DNA of 55,444 bases from Methanobacteriota archaeon (GTDB lineage: Archaea; Thermoplasmatota; Poseidoniia; Poseidoniales; Poseidoniaceae). The notes beneath the pieces were generated by a model. It did not search any database. It worked only from the letters and a program-made list of their open reading frames with translations, and was not told where the DNA came from. The translations under genes and the position numbers were made by a program. This document shows, in pieces, positions 37,673 through 48,396 of the stretch; position 1 is the first letter of the stretch, and every line of letters begins with the position of its first letter. The stretch spans positions 1 through 55,444 of the forward strand of contig JAACCR010000042.1 of NCBI GenBank assembly GCA_009937205.1. The letters run 5' to 3'.

Positions 37673-40600
37673 ATGAGGCAGATACCACTGATATTCGTTT
37701 TGATGATTTTATTATCCTCAAATATATCTTTAGAGGAATCTAGTTTTTCTCCAACTACAATAGATAGTACTTCAGCAAGAGCAACTGGAGTAGATTTATC
37801 GGTTACTAATTCATCATATAGTTACGTCAATACGGCTGATGAAGCAAAATATAGGATGTTTTCATCCAACTTCCCGATAATAGGTTTTAACAAACCCTAT
37901 GAATTATTCGTGATTGACACGATGGTTAATGCCCCTACTAAAATGACCATAGAAGTAGAAAATTTTGGCACAAATCCATCGGGTACTATTGACATTAATA
38001 TTAAATTATTACACAATGAATATACACAATTTGAAATTGTTAATGATACAGTACAAATGGCATCTTTGAATGGTGGGTCTTCCAACAATATTCAGCATCA
38101 ATTCACTCCTACATATTCTGGCAATCATACAATTTGGATTAAGGTGACATCCAGCATTGCAGATGATAATACAAATAATGATGTTTGGTCAAAGGGGTTT
38201 GCTGTTGGCTCTCACTACTATAATTGCGATGTTCTGACTTCATGGACTGTTGGAAATTTGTGGTCTTCGAATACAGATACCGCATTATCCAATGGAAAAT
38301 CTTGCCATGTAGGCTCTGGTTCAAGTTCAACATACAATAATGGTATGCAAACAGCGCTAATTACCCCTGCTATCGATATGTCTGACGCGGCTGAAAACCC
38401 TACTAGAACTAATGGACTGACTTTCTTTTATTCAGGTAGTGCTGCAGCAAATGATTATTTGAAAATATACTCAAAGAATACTATTGGTGGCTGGAATGAA
38501 CTAGCTTCCATTAGTGGCATGATTGATAATAACTTCGACGATGGTAGTAACTGGCAAACCTTTTCTGTTAGCAGCAAGGGGTTTACTTCACCATTAATTC
38601 CAGTGCCACAAGCAGATTTTCACTCCCAATCTCAATTTAAGTTTGAATTTTTTAGTGATGCCTCAGGTGTCGATATCGGATATTGGGTGGATGATATAGT
38701 AATATTATATGATCAAAAAGTTAAGCACTCCGAATATAGTTTAAGTTCTACTGGAATTACAACTACTGGCTCATTACCTGGCGATTGGGGTTCTGTACGT
38801 GTTGAAGTAACCAATGATGGCAATATCACAGATTCTTTCATACCTTCTGTTACGGGTTTGCCAACAGACTGGCAAATCTATTATGCACATACAAATGGAA
38901 TCACTCTAAATCCATTGAGTGGAGTAACACTTTATCCTGGCGAATCTAAACAAATTGATCTGAAAATAATGCCGGGTGAAAATGAATCAACTGGTTTTAC
39001 TCAAATGACATTCAAGGCATATTCTAATTATTACAATGAAGTGAATACCACGTTGCCAGTTCAATTCCAAGTACTAGCAGATAGAATTCCATTGATTACG
39101 GGACCCGGACAGCGTCCGAATTGTCCTCCTGGAAACACCTGTACCTTCGCGGTTCTTGTTGAAAACATAGGTGCCGCAACCGATGTTTTCGACATATCCC
39201 TAGATCAAACATCACTAGCCAGTGGATGGCAAGTGGGATTAGAATGGACGCAAGCGAGTAGTATTTTGGTTAGACCTGATACTCCTGTGCAAGTATATTT
39301 GACAATGACTCTGCCAAATGACTGTGCCCCTGATACCATTTCAACATTCAAATTAACAGCAACCTCACAAAATGACTCACGAAGATTCCATGCGCTTGAA
39401 ATAGATATTTCGGCTTCAATGATTTCCAATGCTAGCGTAGAGGTGACAAATGCACATTCGACAGACAACTGGATAGTAAATGCTGGAGAGACTAAAACGA
39501 TTTCATTTACTATTACCAATCATGCTACAAGACAAGATATTTTTGAAATGTCCGTACAGTCTAGTGGTGGTATGCTATGGGTTGTTGAGCAACCAACTAG
39601 ACCAAATGCAGTGATTAATTCTGGTGCTTCAACGACTTTTACAATTGAAGTTACAGCACCAGCGAATGCCCAAGCAGGTGATAATGGACCAAGTATAATT
39701 CCAATTATTACTTCTACCAGGAGTGATATGACTTTTATGGGTACTGAGTTCGATTAATTAGAAGTAGAATCAATTGAAGACGTTATCATAAGATTAGTAG
39801 ATTAACCACTCAAATTAACTCCAGGAATCGGAAATAAAATTGAAATCGAAATCGAAAACGATGGTAATGGACCAACTCAGGTCGTAATTGACCTACCTAA
39901 TTTACCTGAATCATGGCAATGGTGGATGAGACTATCTGACCAAAACCATACTGGGCCAATTGACCTATCAGCATCATATGACTTAGAGGATATTAAAATT
40001 GTTGAAGTATGGATTATGATTTCAATGGAAGAAGCGGCGGGAATAATGCATTCTATTGAAATTACTGCAATGTCTAATTCAATGGGTATAGACATAAATC
40101 CTTCAGATAATCTAATTGAAATTAATGCAATTACAGCATCACACAAGCAACCAAGAATTACAAACTCTTCAAACCCCCCAGGTGCAATGGCAGATACTAC
40201 TACGTCGGCTAGCATAACGATACAAAATATTGGAAATGCCGTAGATAATCAGATCGCAGTGCGAGTTATTATTTCTTCATCACCACCAGTACCAGGAATT
40301 ATCGGATTCTTTTCAGTTGGTTCAAATGGTGGGGCTCTACCTATTGATGGGTGGTCTGATATTACACTCAACGGAGGAGAAGAAACAACTCTTAATGTTG
40401 ACATGATACTTCCTAAGGAGATACCACTCAATACGCGAATTATTGTTAGATTCGAAGTTGTTGGAGGATTAGATGAGGAATTGCGCCCATACGAATTGGA
40501 TCACGAAGCAATGATATTGGTTGACTCAAGACGTTCGATGACAATCACTTCAAGTCCGATAAGTAATCAAACAAATGAATTTGGCATATCAGTGCCATTA

Positions 40601-41311
40601 TGGATAAATCTAACCAGTACTTCTACGATGGAAGAGAATTACATCATTACCAGCAAGGTTCCCGAAGGATGGCAAGTAGTTTGTCTTGGTATATTGATGA
40701 ATGAAAGTGGATACCCAATTAACACCCCAGCCGGGCATATTGATGGGCAGGAAAAGTTTGTCTCATGTGACATCCATCGAATGAGTGGTTCCTTGGAAGG
40801 TCAAATAGAAATAACTGTTAGTAGTCAAGATGGTACGCTCTCATGGCAAGATAAGCAATCCATATACTTCCAGTCACAAATAGATGATTCCTTTTCAGTT
40901 GGAGCTGATTTAATGGCTGCAGGTGGGCTTGCAATTTTAGTTTTCATCGCCCTGATTGCAGTATTGATTCGAAAAAGAACAAGTGAAATAGGAATAGATT
41001 ATGAAGCTGTTGAAGAAAGGGAAGAAGTGGTTATTTCAAGCCCAGTTGGGCCTCCTATTAGCCAAGTAAGTGGACCGCCAGCATCTCAACAACAGCCAAC
41101 ATCGTTTACCCCACAAGTCAGTGATACAGATCAACCCGCCAATGCTCCATCGGGTCCACCTTCAAGCGAGTCATTTAGTACTCCAGAAGAAGTTCAACCT
41201 GTTGAACAAATAATTGCGGGACCTCAATTACCAGAATCTGGATTGCCAGTCGGTTGGTCAGAAGAGCAATGGCTGCATTACGGTCAGCAATATTTAGACA
41301 GAACTCTTTAG
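37673..41311 (+). CDS. Large (about 1210 aa) surface protein with Ig-like (CARDB/NEW3-like) repeats and C-terminal anchor; two in-frame TAA at 39755 and 39803
   Basis: ORFs 37631-39757 and 39926-41311 are in the same frame; the gap reads LEVESIEDVIIRLVD*PLKLTPGIGNKIEIEIENDGNGP, matching the recurrent (V/I)xNxGN repeat; signal peptide, TM helix and Pro-rich tail. Confidence 0.8.
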
Positions 41312-41340
41312 ATAAATCAAAATGGTAACCGCTGGTGGAG

Positions 41341-41520
41341 ATGTATATGGTATCATATCCACCACTCTGGTATGGATTGTTATTTGTTGTTTCAATTTGT
41401 GGAGTAGCAACATGGTATCTACGTAATTTTACCACTAGAGTAGAGTTAACTAAACTTATTGCTTTTAGTGGAATTATATCAATGATTAGTTTATTGAGTT
41501 GGACTTTAAGTGAATTTTGA
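41341..41520 (+). CDS. Small two-helix membrane protein
   Basis: Two hydrophobic segments; abuts the next ORF. Confidence 0.6.
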   Translation: MYMVSYPPLWYGLLFVVSICGVATWYLRNFTTRVELTKLIAFSGIISMISLLSWTLSEF

Positions 41521-41529
41521 GTGATTGGT

Positions 41530-42036
41530 ATGGCTGAAATTATTGATTCTTCAACTAGCGTTTATTATGACCAATATCCTTGCCGTTTACCTGTTTGGTG
41601 GGGCCGTTATGGGGATATTGGTCCTCACCCGGAGGGTAATGGTATCAGCGGAAGGAAGGTAGTAATCCGTATTGAAAAGAAATTCAAAAAAATTGAATCT
41701 ATATTTGCAAAAATATTACGAGCGCCAAAAGAATTGAGGAGGCCTCTTGATATAATGAATAGTTTACTTTGGGAATTATGTGATGGGACGAGAACCTTTC
41801 AAGAAATTTGCAAACAATTAGATTCTACATATCATGAGGAAATAGCTCCAGTCGTTAATAGAACTACACTAGGAATTACCGCATTAGTTTCTAAAAACCT
41901 GATGATTGTAGTAGATGAACCACTAGGTGGAAAGTGGAGTATAGGGCCAGGAGTTACTCCATCAGGACAAACTCTTGCCCCATTGGATGAACGTATGAAT
42001 ATAGATTGTTCATTGCTAGATGGCGAGCAATACTAG
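41530..42036 (+). CDS. PqqD-like domain protein
   Basis: LDIMNSLLWELCDGTRTFQEICKQL matches the PqqD-type L..IW..CDG.RT..EI motif. Confidence 0.68.
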   Translation: MAEIIDSSTSVYYDQYPCRLPVWWGRYGDIGPHPEGNGISGRKVVIRIEKKFKKIESIFAKILRAPKELRRPLDIMNSLLWELCDGTRTFQEICKQLDSTYHEEIAPVVNRTTLGITALVSKNLMIVVDEPLGGKWSIGPGVTPSGQTLAPLDERMNIDCSLLDGEQY

Positions 42037-42383
42037 CCTAGAATTTTCTCAAAACCTTGAGGTGGCCTTCCGATTATCACTTGATCGCCATCATCTAATA
42101 GAGGCCGTTGCATCACTTGAGGCAAATTATATAAAATAATCAAGACATCTGCAGGATTGGTTAAATCAAGTTCGCGATATTGTGATTTTTTGAATGCATC
42201 ATCACCATTTCTAACAAGTCTGGAAGGGCAACCAACAAGTCTTGAAATTATTCCTTCAAGTTCTTTTTCAGTCAAGTTTTGTTTGAGATAATTTACAACC
42301 ATGACTTCGGTTTCAGAATCATTACACAATTCAAGTCCTTGTCTTGATTTCGAGCACCTAGGGTTATGGTAAAGGGTTGGCAT
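42033..42383 (-). CDS. arsC: ArsC-family reductase
   Basis: YHNPRCSKSR, YL, QRPL, IGRPP. Confidence 0.85.
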   Translation of the reverse strand: MPTLYHNPRCSKSRQGLELCNDSETEVMVVNYLKQNLTEKELEGIISRLVGCPSRLVRNGDDAFKKSQYRELDLTNPADVLIILYNLPQVMQRPLLDDGDQVIIGRPPQGFEKILG

Positions 42384-42420
42384 ATCATTTGCATTGAATC
42401 AAAGTTAATGATTTAACTGT

Positions 42421-43164
42421 TCAATCCGGTTGCCATACTAGTCTAAGTCCGATCCCATCCTTAGCAATATTTCTCTGTGAAGACCCTCTGGCAGAACACC
42501 TTGTTGAATCGCTTTCTGTGAACCAATTTCCACCCCTATGAGACTTACGTGTTTCACCCTTTATCACCATTGCAGATTGATCTCTAGGCGTATTTTCATA
42601 GTTACTACTCCAATCATCAAGGCACCATTCACTTACATTGCCATGAAGGTCATGCAACCCCCATGGATTTGCCTTCTTTTGACCAACTTCCCGTGTTGAG
42701 GCACCTGAATTACCAGCATGCCACCCATACTCGTCTAATTCTGCATCCTTATCGCCAAAAGACCAACGAGATAATGTTCCAGCGCGTGCTGCATATTCCC
42801 ATTCTGATTCACTTGGTAATCTCCATTTCCCATATAGTCCTAATTTAGGAGAATCATTATGTTGAGCATTTAATTTCTCGATGAAGATTTGTACATCATC
42901 CCATGACACATTTTCTATTGGCCGTAACCCCGCCGACCATCCCTCACTGAATTTTGCTGGATTGTCACTCATTACCGATTGCCATTGTATTTGAGTAACT
43001 TGCATTTTTCCAAGAAAAAAGGGTTGTGTGATCTCAACTTCATGACTTGGTAATTCTCTTTTCGGAGAATTATTTGTAGGATTGCCCATCTGATATGTTC
43101 CAGGAGAAATCAGCACATATGTTGAACCAAATTCATCATCAAAACGTGGATTTTCTTCAGACAT
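42421..43164 (-). CDS. Formylglycine-generating enzyme-like (FGE-sulfatase) domain protein
   Basis: YQMG..PSHEV, RLPSESEWEYAARAG, NPWGLHDLHGNVSEWC, RGGNW, GLRLV. Confidence 0.9.
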   Translation of the reverse strand: MSEENPRFDDEFGSTYVLISPGTYQMGNPTNNSPKRELPSHEVEITQPFFLGKMQVTQIQWQSVMSDNPAKFSEGWSAGLRPIENVSWDDVQIFIEKLNAQHNDSPKLGLYGKWRLPSESEWEYAARAGTLSRWSFGDKDAELDEYGWHAGNSGASTREVGQKKANPWGLHDLHGNVSEWCLDDWSSNYENTPRDQSAMVIKGETRKSHRGGNWFTESDSTRCSARGSSQRNIAKDGIGLRLVWQPD

Positions 43165-43305
43165 TACTAACACCTACAATCTTTCTTAACTCACCCTAAT
43201 GGGCCAAAGTTAATGTCATTTGTGTTACTCGAATCTTTGATTTTGAATGATTACTTTAGACCCAATTAGAAGTAACGCTTATCCCCATTAGGTAACCCCT
43301 AGGGA

Positions 43306-45825
43306 ATGGTGACTGTGATGGCTGATGATGATGCAGACGGTTCGGCCCTAGACAATCCAATTCAATCATCTGGTGAATTGTCCGATGCCGACATGGCATC
43401 CATGTCCGCAGCAATGCGTTCTGCAGGTCTTGGAAGTATGCTCGAAGAAACACCAGCCGCCATAGAGGAAGAGGGTGAAGTTAGTTCGCAACAAGAATCA
43501 GATGATGCAAACGCCTCCGGCGACAATTTAGTTTACCAAGATGACATATTTCCTGAATTGGAAGATGTAGATGATAATGAAGAAATGGTTAGAGTTTTAC
43601 TAAATGTTGGTGAAGAACGTTCTAGGAAATCAGATGCAAAGGGTGCTTTGGCAGCCTTTAACAAAGCAATTGCACTTGATCCATCAAGTGACATGGCTTG
43701 GTTTAATCGAGGAGTCTTATTAGAAGCCCAAAACGATGCAAGAGGTGCAAAGCAAGCATTCCAAATTTGTCTAGACCTCAATCCTGACCATGCTCCAGCC
43801 ACAGCAAATCTATCCAGCGTTTTGGAGCGAATGGGAGATTTAAGTTCTGCATACAAAGTAGCCCAAAAAGCATTAGTTTTTTACCCAGGCCATCCAGCAC
43901 TAGTAGAAATTTCAAACAGATGCAAAGGTTCCGAAGTCAATATCCCTATTGCTGAAGTTCCTAGAATTACAGAAAACACTCACACCTATGATGAATCAAC
44001 AGTAGTAGCTGCAATGGATGAAGTTGGCGTTGATGACATACAAGCAGTTCTGCAAGAGGCTGTACATCACGACCATGATAGAAATTTGAATCTTGATTAT
44101 TCAGAATTGAAATCGGCGGCAACTGTAGTTGCAGCGACTGAAGAAGTTTTAGTAAGATTAGAAGCAAAACCAATCATATCAGTACAGCCTGTTGAAGAGG
44201 TTACTGTAGCAGAAGTGGAAGAAGTAGTACAACCTGTTGAGGAAGTTATTTCCCAGCCAATTGCGGTTGAAGAGGAAGTTATCGAACAGCCTGAAATTAA
44301 TATTGAATCTCTTATTGAAGAAGCTACAGAATTGATTCGTTCTGGAGATGCTGCTGGCGGTTTATCAATACTAAAGCCTCATCTAAAAACAATCGCTGCT
44401 GAGAATGCGAATGCGTGGAGAGTCGCTGGTGGAGCAATGGCGAGACTTGACTTGGACACTCATGCGATCGCTGCAATTAATCACGCACAAACCTTAGACC
44501 CATCCAATTCTAGTGGATGGTTTAATTTGGGTTCAATATACCATAGAGGAGAAGATTTTTCTGAGGCCAAGAAATGCTATCTAAATGCGCTTGAGGTACA
44601 ACCAGACTATCTAAAAGCAGCAAGCAAACTAAGTGATTTATCAAAACAGATGAGCGATGTAGAATCATATCTATTTGCGACACGCATTATTGCAACTATT
44701 TAACCATCAGATGCTAGAATTATAGAGATGGCTGAAGTATTGATAGAAATAGCAGAAGGAGAAGCAAATGTATTGGATTCCACTCAAGGCCTACCACCGA
44801 CAATACCAGTTGGTCCAGAAATGGCTCAGGAGGCTTTGGGAATAATTGGAGAAGGAGTTTCAATATTACATGCAAGAGCATATACTGCCATTTCAGACCA
44901 TCACAATGCAGTAACTACTTGGAAAGCATTAATCCAAAGTGATGGGGAAAATCCTGCTAATTGGAGAGGCCTTGCTCGCTCGCTAGAAGAAGCCGGCGAT
45001 ATTGCAACAGCACAGAAGTGTCATGCTAAGGCAAATAAGATGGATAATGGTACAGAATCTGTAACAGTGGAAACATCATTGCCAGTAGAGCAGACTGAAA
45101 TCCCTCAAGTTGCTGAATCAATACCTCAAGAACTAGCACCAGTAGTCGTGGAACAACCTGTCGTAGAAATTGCTGACAGCCCTGCTAATATTTTGTTAGA
45201 ACCAATTGCTCCTGTTGAAGTTTCAGAACCAGCACAGGATGAGAATACAACTCAAGCTAATGACTTGCTGATGGCTCCAATTGAGCCAAGACCTGTTAAT
45301 GTAGAAACTGTGGAAGACCAGCAAGTGGATTTAGCAAAAGCTGCACTTGATGCAACACATGCTGCATCACTAAATATAATTGGTGAAACTTCTTCAAAAT
45401 CTGTTGCAAATCAGGATGTTGCATGGTATAACAAGGGTATTCAATTAATTGAAGATGGAAAATATAGAGAAGCATTAACCTGCTTTGATAGAGCATTACC
45501 ATCTTTCAAAGATGATGATGAAATGGTAATTAGAATTCTAAATGGAAGAGGTAATTCATATTATTACATGGAAGAGTATCCAAAATGTGTTGAAGCATAT
45601 CACCAAGCAATGCTTATTCGACCTACAGAAGTAAGAGGACAGACACTTTACAACATGGGTACTGCATATGCAGAAATGGAAAGATATCCAGATGCCATAA
45701 AATGTTTTGAGCAATCAATACCACGTGGGCTATCTACTAGTGAAGCTAAGAGGGCTAAAGATCAAATTAGACGCTGCACCATTCTAAACAAAGAACGAAT
45801 GAGGAAAATTAAGAAAAAGTCCTGA
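43306..45825 (+). CDS. Large TPR-repeat protein with acidic linkers; one in-frame TAA at 44701-44703
   Basis: TPR motifs (AWFNRG, GWFNLG, AWYNKG, LYNMG); ORFs 43306-44703 and 44728-45825 are in the same frame, joined by *PSDARIIE. Confidence 0.8.
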
Positions 45826-45872
45826 ATAATTCATTGGATGGGTTGAAAAACTAGGAGCAAGGACCTAGTTCC

Positions 45873-47252
45873 ATGTCCGGAGACGAGATGACTTCCATCC
45901 TACTGCGGCTCGAAGAGTGTGGCTTAGAACTTAAACAAGCCCAAATCATAGTAGATTTGGCCTCTAATCCCCCTTCTAAGGCTAGCGAAGTTGGAAAAAG
46001 AATCGGCTTGTCAAGAATGGATGCGTACAATTCCTTGCGCAAATTACAGGAGCAGGGTTTGGTCAGAGCAACCCTTGACAAACCAATGAGATTTGCAGGA
46101 AAGACTATCAGTGAAGTTTTCAAGCTATTAATCCATAAGCAAAAGTTAGATTTACAGCGCATGGAAGAGCATTTAGAAGTATTGACAACCGGTCCGGCTG
46201 TGGCCATTATGTCTGTTGAAAGTCATGTAAATGAAGCTACATTTTCTGTCATTAAAGACAGGCATCAAATAATGGCAACATTTGAATCACTCTTAGCAGA
46301 AGCCGAATCTAATGTTTGGCTATTATTCGGAAGATGGGGAATTTTACATTTCCTAAGAGTCGGTGGTAAGAAAGTTCTAGATGATGCCCTAGAGCGCGGT
46401 GTAGAAATCAAAATAGTTGCATGTGTTGATAAAAAGACTGTTAGATTTTTTGATGAATTGTCACCACTGATTGAAATTCGCCATCACGAACAACTTTCAC
46501 TACAAGGCGGATTCATTGATGAGGAATATGGGATCCAATTTGTTTACAGTGAAGATAATCCTACTGGCAGGGGCAAAGAAGATACTGCTCTCTTAATTGA
46601 AAGCCCGGAGTTTTTGAAAGCTCAAAAGGAATTATTGGAAATTCAATGGGCTGCTGCTTCAGCATACTCTGTAGCGCGAGCAAGAATAATCGATGGTGAA
46701 ATGACCGAACCATTGCAATATTCTCTGGGAGAGGGGTCATTTTATGCAAAACTAAGAGATAGTTTGGCCAATGACCTAAGCGGTAATGCGACAACAAAAA
46801 ATTCAACACTTGAAATGAGAAAAAGTGGATTGAAAATTGTTCCACAGAAAAATTCCGAATCACAAGCATTGTCCATGCTGGGTATTGATATAGGCGATCT
46901 ACTACAATCAGTTGGCAACAGAATTGGACGGGAATTAGCACTGAAGTTGAATGATATTGACGATGATAATGAGTTTTGGAATCGTTTGGCAAAGAAGTGG
47001 AAGGGCTTAGGAATGGGTGAACTGATAATTACAGACGCTGGAAATCCTAAAATCACAGTACGTAATGGAAATGCATGTGGCGGAAATCCGGAAGAAAATG
47101 GGATTTTTTGTTTACTTGATGAAGGAATAATTTCAGGCATCATGCAAGAGAGACATGGAGTTGGAGTTATTTCTAACCAACGAGTCTGTACTGACTGTTC
47201 AAACCAAGATTGCTATTATGAAATAGAGTGCAGTATTGAGGAAAAAGCATAG
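45873..47252 (+). CDS. TrmB-family regulator with C-terminal V4R-like domain
   Basis: KASEVGKRIGLSRMDAYNSLRKLQEQGLV..KPMRF HTH; ALERGVEIK effector domain; C-terminal GMGEL..C..FC..EGIISG..C..C..C. Confidence 0.82.
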   Translation: MSGDEMTSILLRLEECGLELKQAQIIVDLASNPPSKASEVGKRIGLSRMDAYNSLRKLQEQGLVRATLDKPMRFAGKTISEVFKLLIHKQKLDLQRMEEHLEVLTTGPAVAIMSVESHVNEATFSVIKDRHQIMATFESLLAEAESNVWLLFGRWGILHFLRVGGKKVLDDALERGVEIKIVACVDKKTVRFFDELSPLIEIRHHEQLSLQGGFIDEEYGIQFVYSEDNPTGRGKEDTALLIESPEFLKAQKELLEIQWAAASAYSVARARIIDGEMTEPLQYSLGEGSFYAKLRDSLANDLSGNATTKNSTLEMRKSGLKIVPQKNSESQALSMLGIDIGDLLQSVGNRIGRELALKLNDIDDDNEFWNRLAKKWKGLGMGELIITDAGNPKITVRNGNACGGNPEENGIFCLLDEGIISGIMQERHGVGVISNQRVCTDCSNQDCYYEIECSIEEKA

Positions 47253-47297
47253 TTCTGCAAGGCGCAGGTTCATAGAGATGGAATGTGAGGCACTAAC

Positions 47298-47678
47298 ATG
47301 GATTGCGGAACTTGTGATACTGTTAGCCCTGTTCAAATGGTCAAACCTGAAGTTGTTGATGTTGCTTTAACCATCTCTGAATCTGCAAAAAACATGCTTT
47401 CTGATGCCTTTGGCGATGATCGTTCACACGCTCTACTAGTAGGCGTATTGAGTGGCGGATGCTCAGGATACATGTATGATTTACAAATTGTTGAGTCAAC
47501 AGACCAAGATTGCCAGGAAATCGCAATCGATGGCTTTAGAGTACTTGTTCCAACAGCTTCTTCACACTTGCTTGATGGTATTGAAATCGACTATGTTGAA
47601 AAATTAATGGGCGGTGGATTCAAAATAAATAATCCAAATGCCGAATCTGCTTGTGGATGCGGCGAATCTTTTTCCTGA
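47298..47678 (+). CDS. A-type Fe-S carrier (IscA/ErpA/HesB)
   Basis: GGCSGYMY, IDY, NPNAESACGCGESF. Confidence 0.93.
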   Translation: MDCGTCDTVSPVQMVKPEVVDVALTISESAKNMLSDAFGDDRSHALLVGVLSGGCSGYMYDLQIVESTDQDCQEIAIDGFRVLVPTASSHLLDGIEIDYVEKLMGGGFKINNPNAESACGCGESFS

Positions 47679-47684
47679 GGTGTT

Positions 47685-48395
47685 TTGTTGCCCATAGTGG
47701 CCTTATCGGATGCTTCTCTAACATTATGGAGAGGTGCAGATGTCCTATCATTCATTGATGGATTGTCTACAAACAGAGTCGCTGAACTCGGTAAAGATCA
47801 ATTGATCAGAACTGTATTTACCGACTCTAATGCTAAAATAATTGACTGTTTGACCTTATTTCATATGGGTGATTTTATTGTTGCCGCAGGATATCTACCA
47901 GCTCTTGATAAATTACTAAACCACACTTCAAAGAAAATACTTGGACAAGATGTGGAAATTACTGACATCTCACAACGCAATGATTTGTTTATTGAATTCG
48001 ATTGCGAAAACAAGGTAAATGAAATTGGTACTTTTTCATCTCAAGGTGAAATAACTCGCGGCAATATTGCCAGTAATTATTCATTACTAGTTGCCAGCAA
48101 AGGTAACGGACCATCTAGCAGTGATGATTTTACAGAATTTAATCAATGGAGAATTGCAAATAAGATTCCATGGAATGGTTATGAGATTACTAATTCCTTC
48201 CATCCCTTTGCATGTGGACTTGAGGAATTAGTTCATCAGCAAAAGGGATGCTATATTGGACAAGAAATACTTGCTAGGATGCGTTCTCGAGGAAGGCAGG
48301 GTAAAGTGCTTAGCCAAGTTGAAACAATGTCCTGTAAACCTGCAAATATCACTACTAAGGGTGATATGCAATCGCTTGCAGTTATTAGAAGTTGA
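47685..48395 (+). CDS. Short YgfZ/GcvT-family folate-binding protein
   Basis: GADVLSFIDGLSTN and KGCYIGQE signature; TTG start with GAGGTG RBS. Confidence 0.85.
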   Translation: MLPIVALSDASLTLWRGADVLSFIDGLSTNRVAELGKDQLIRTVFTDSNAKIIDCLTLFHMGDFIVAAGYLPALDKLLNHTSKKILGQDVEITDISQRNDLFIEFDCENKVNEIGTFSSQGEITRGNIASNYSLLVASKGNGPSSSDDFTEFNQWRIANKIPWNGYEITNSFHPFACGLEELVHQQKGCYIGQEILARMRSRGRQGKVLSQVETMSCKPANITTKGDMQSLAVIRS

Positions 48396-48396
48396 A

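Noticed and set aside
15129..44703. Selenocysteine or pyrrolysine recoding of the internal stops
   Set aside because: These use TGA and TAG; all internal stops here are TAA at non-catalytic positions
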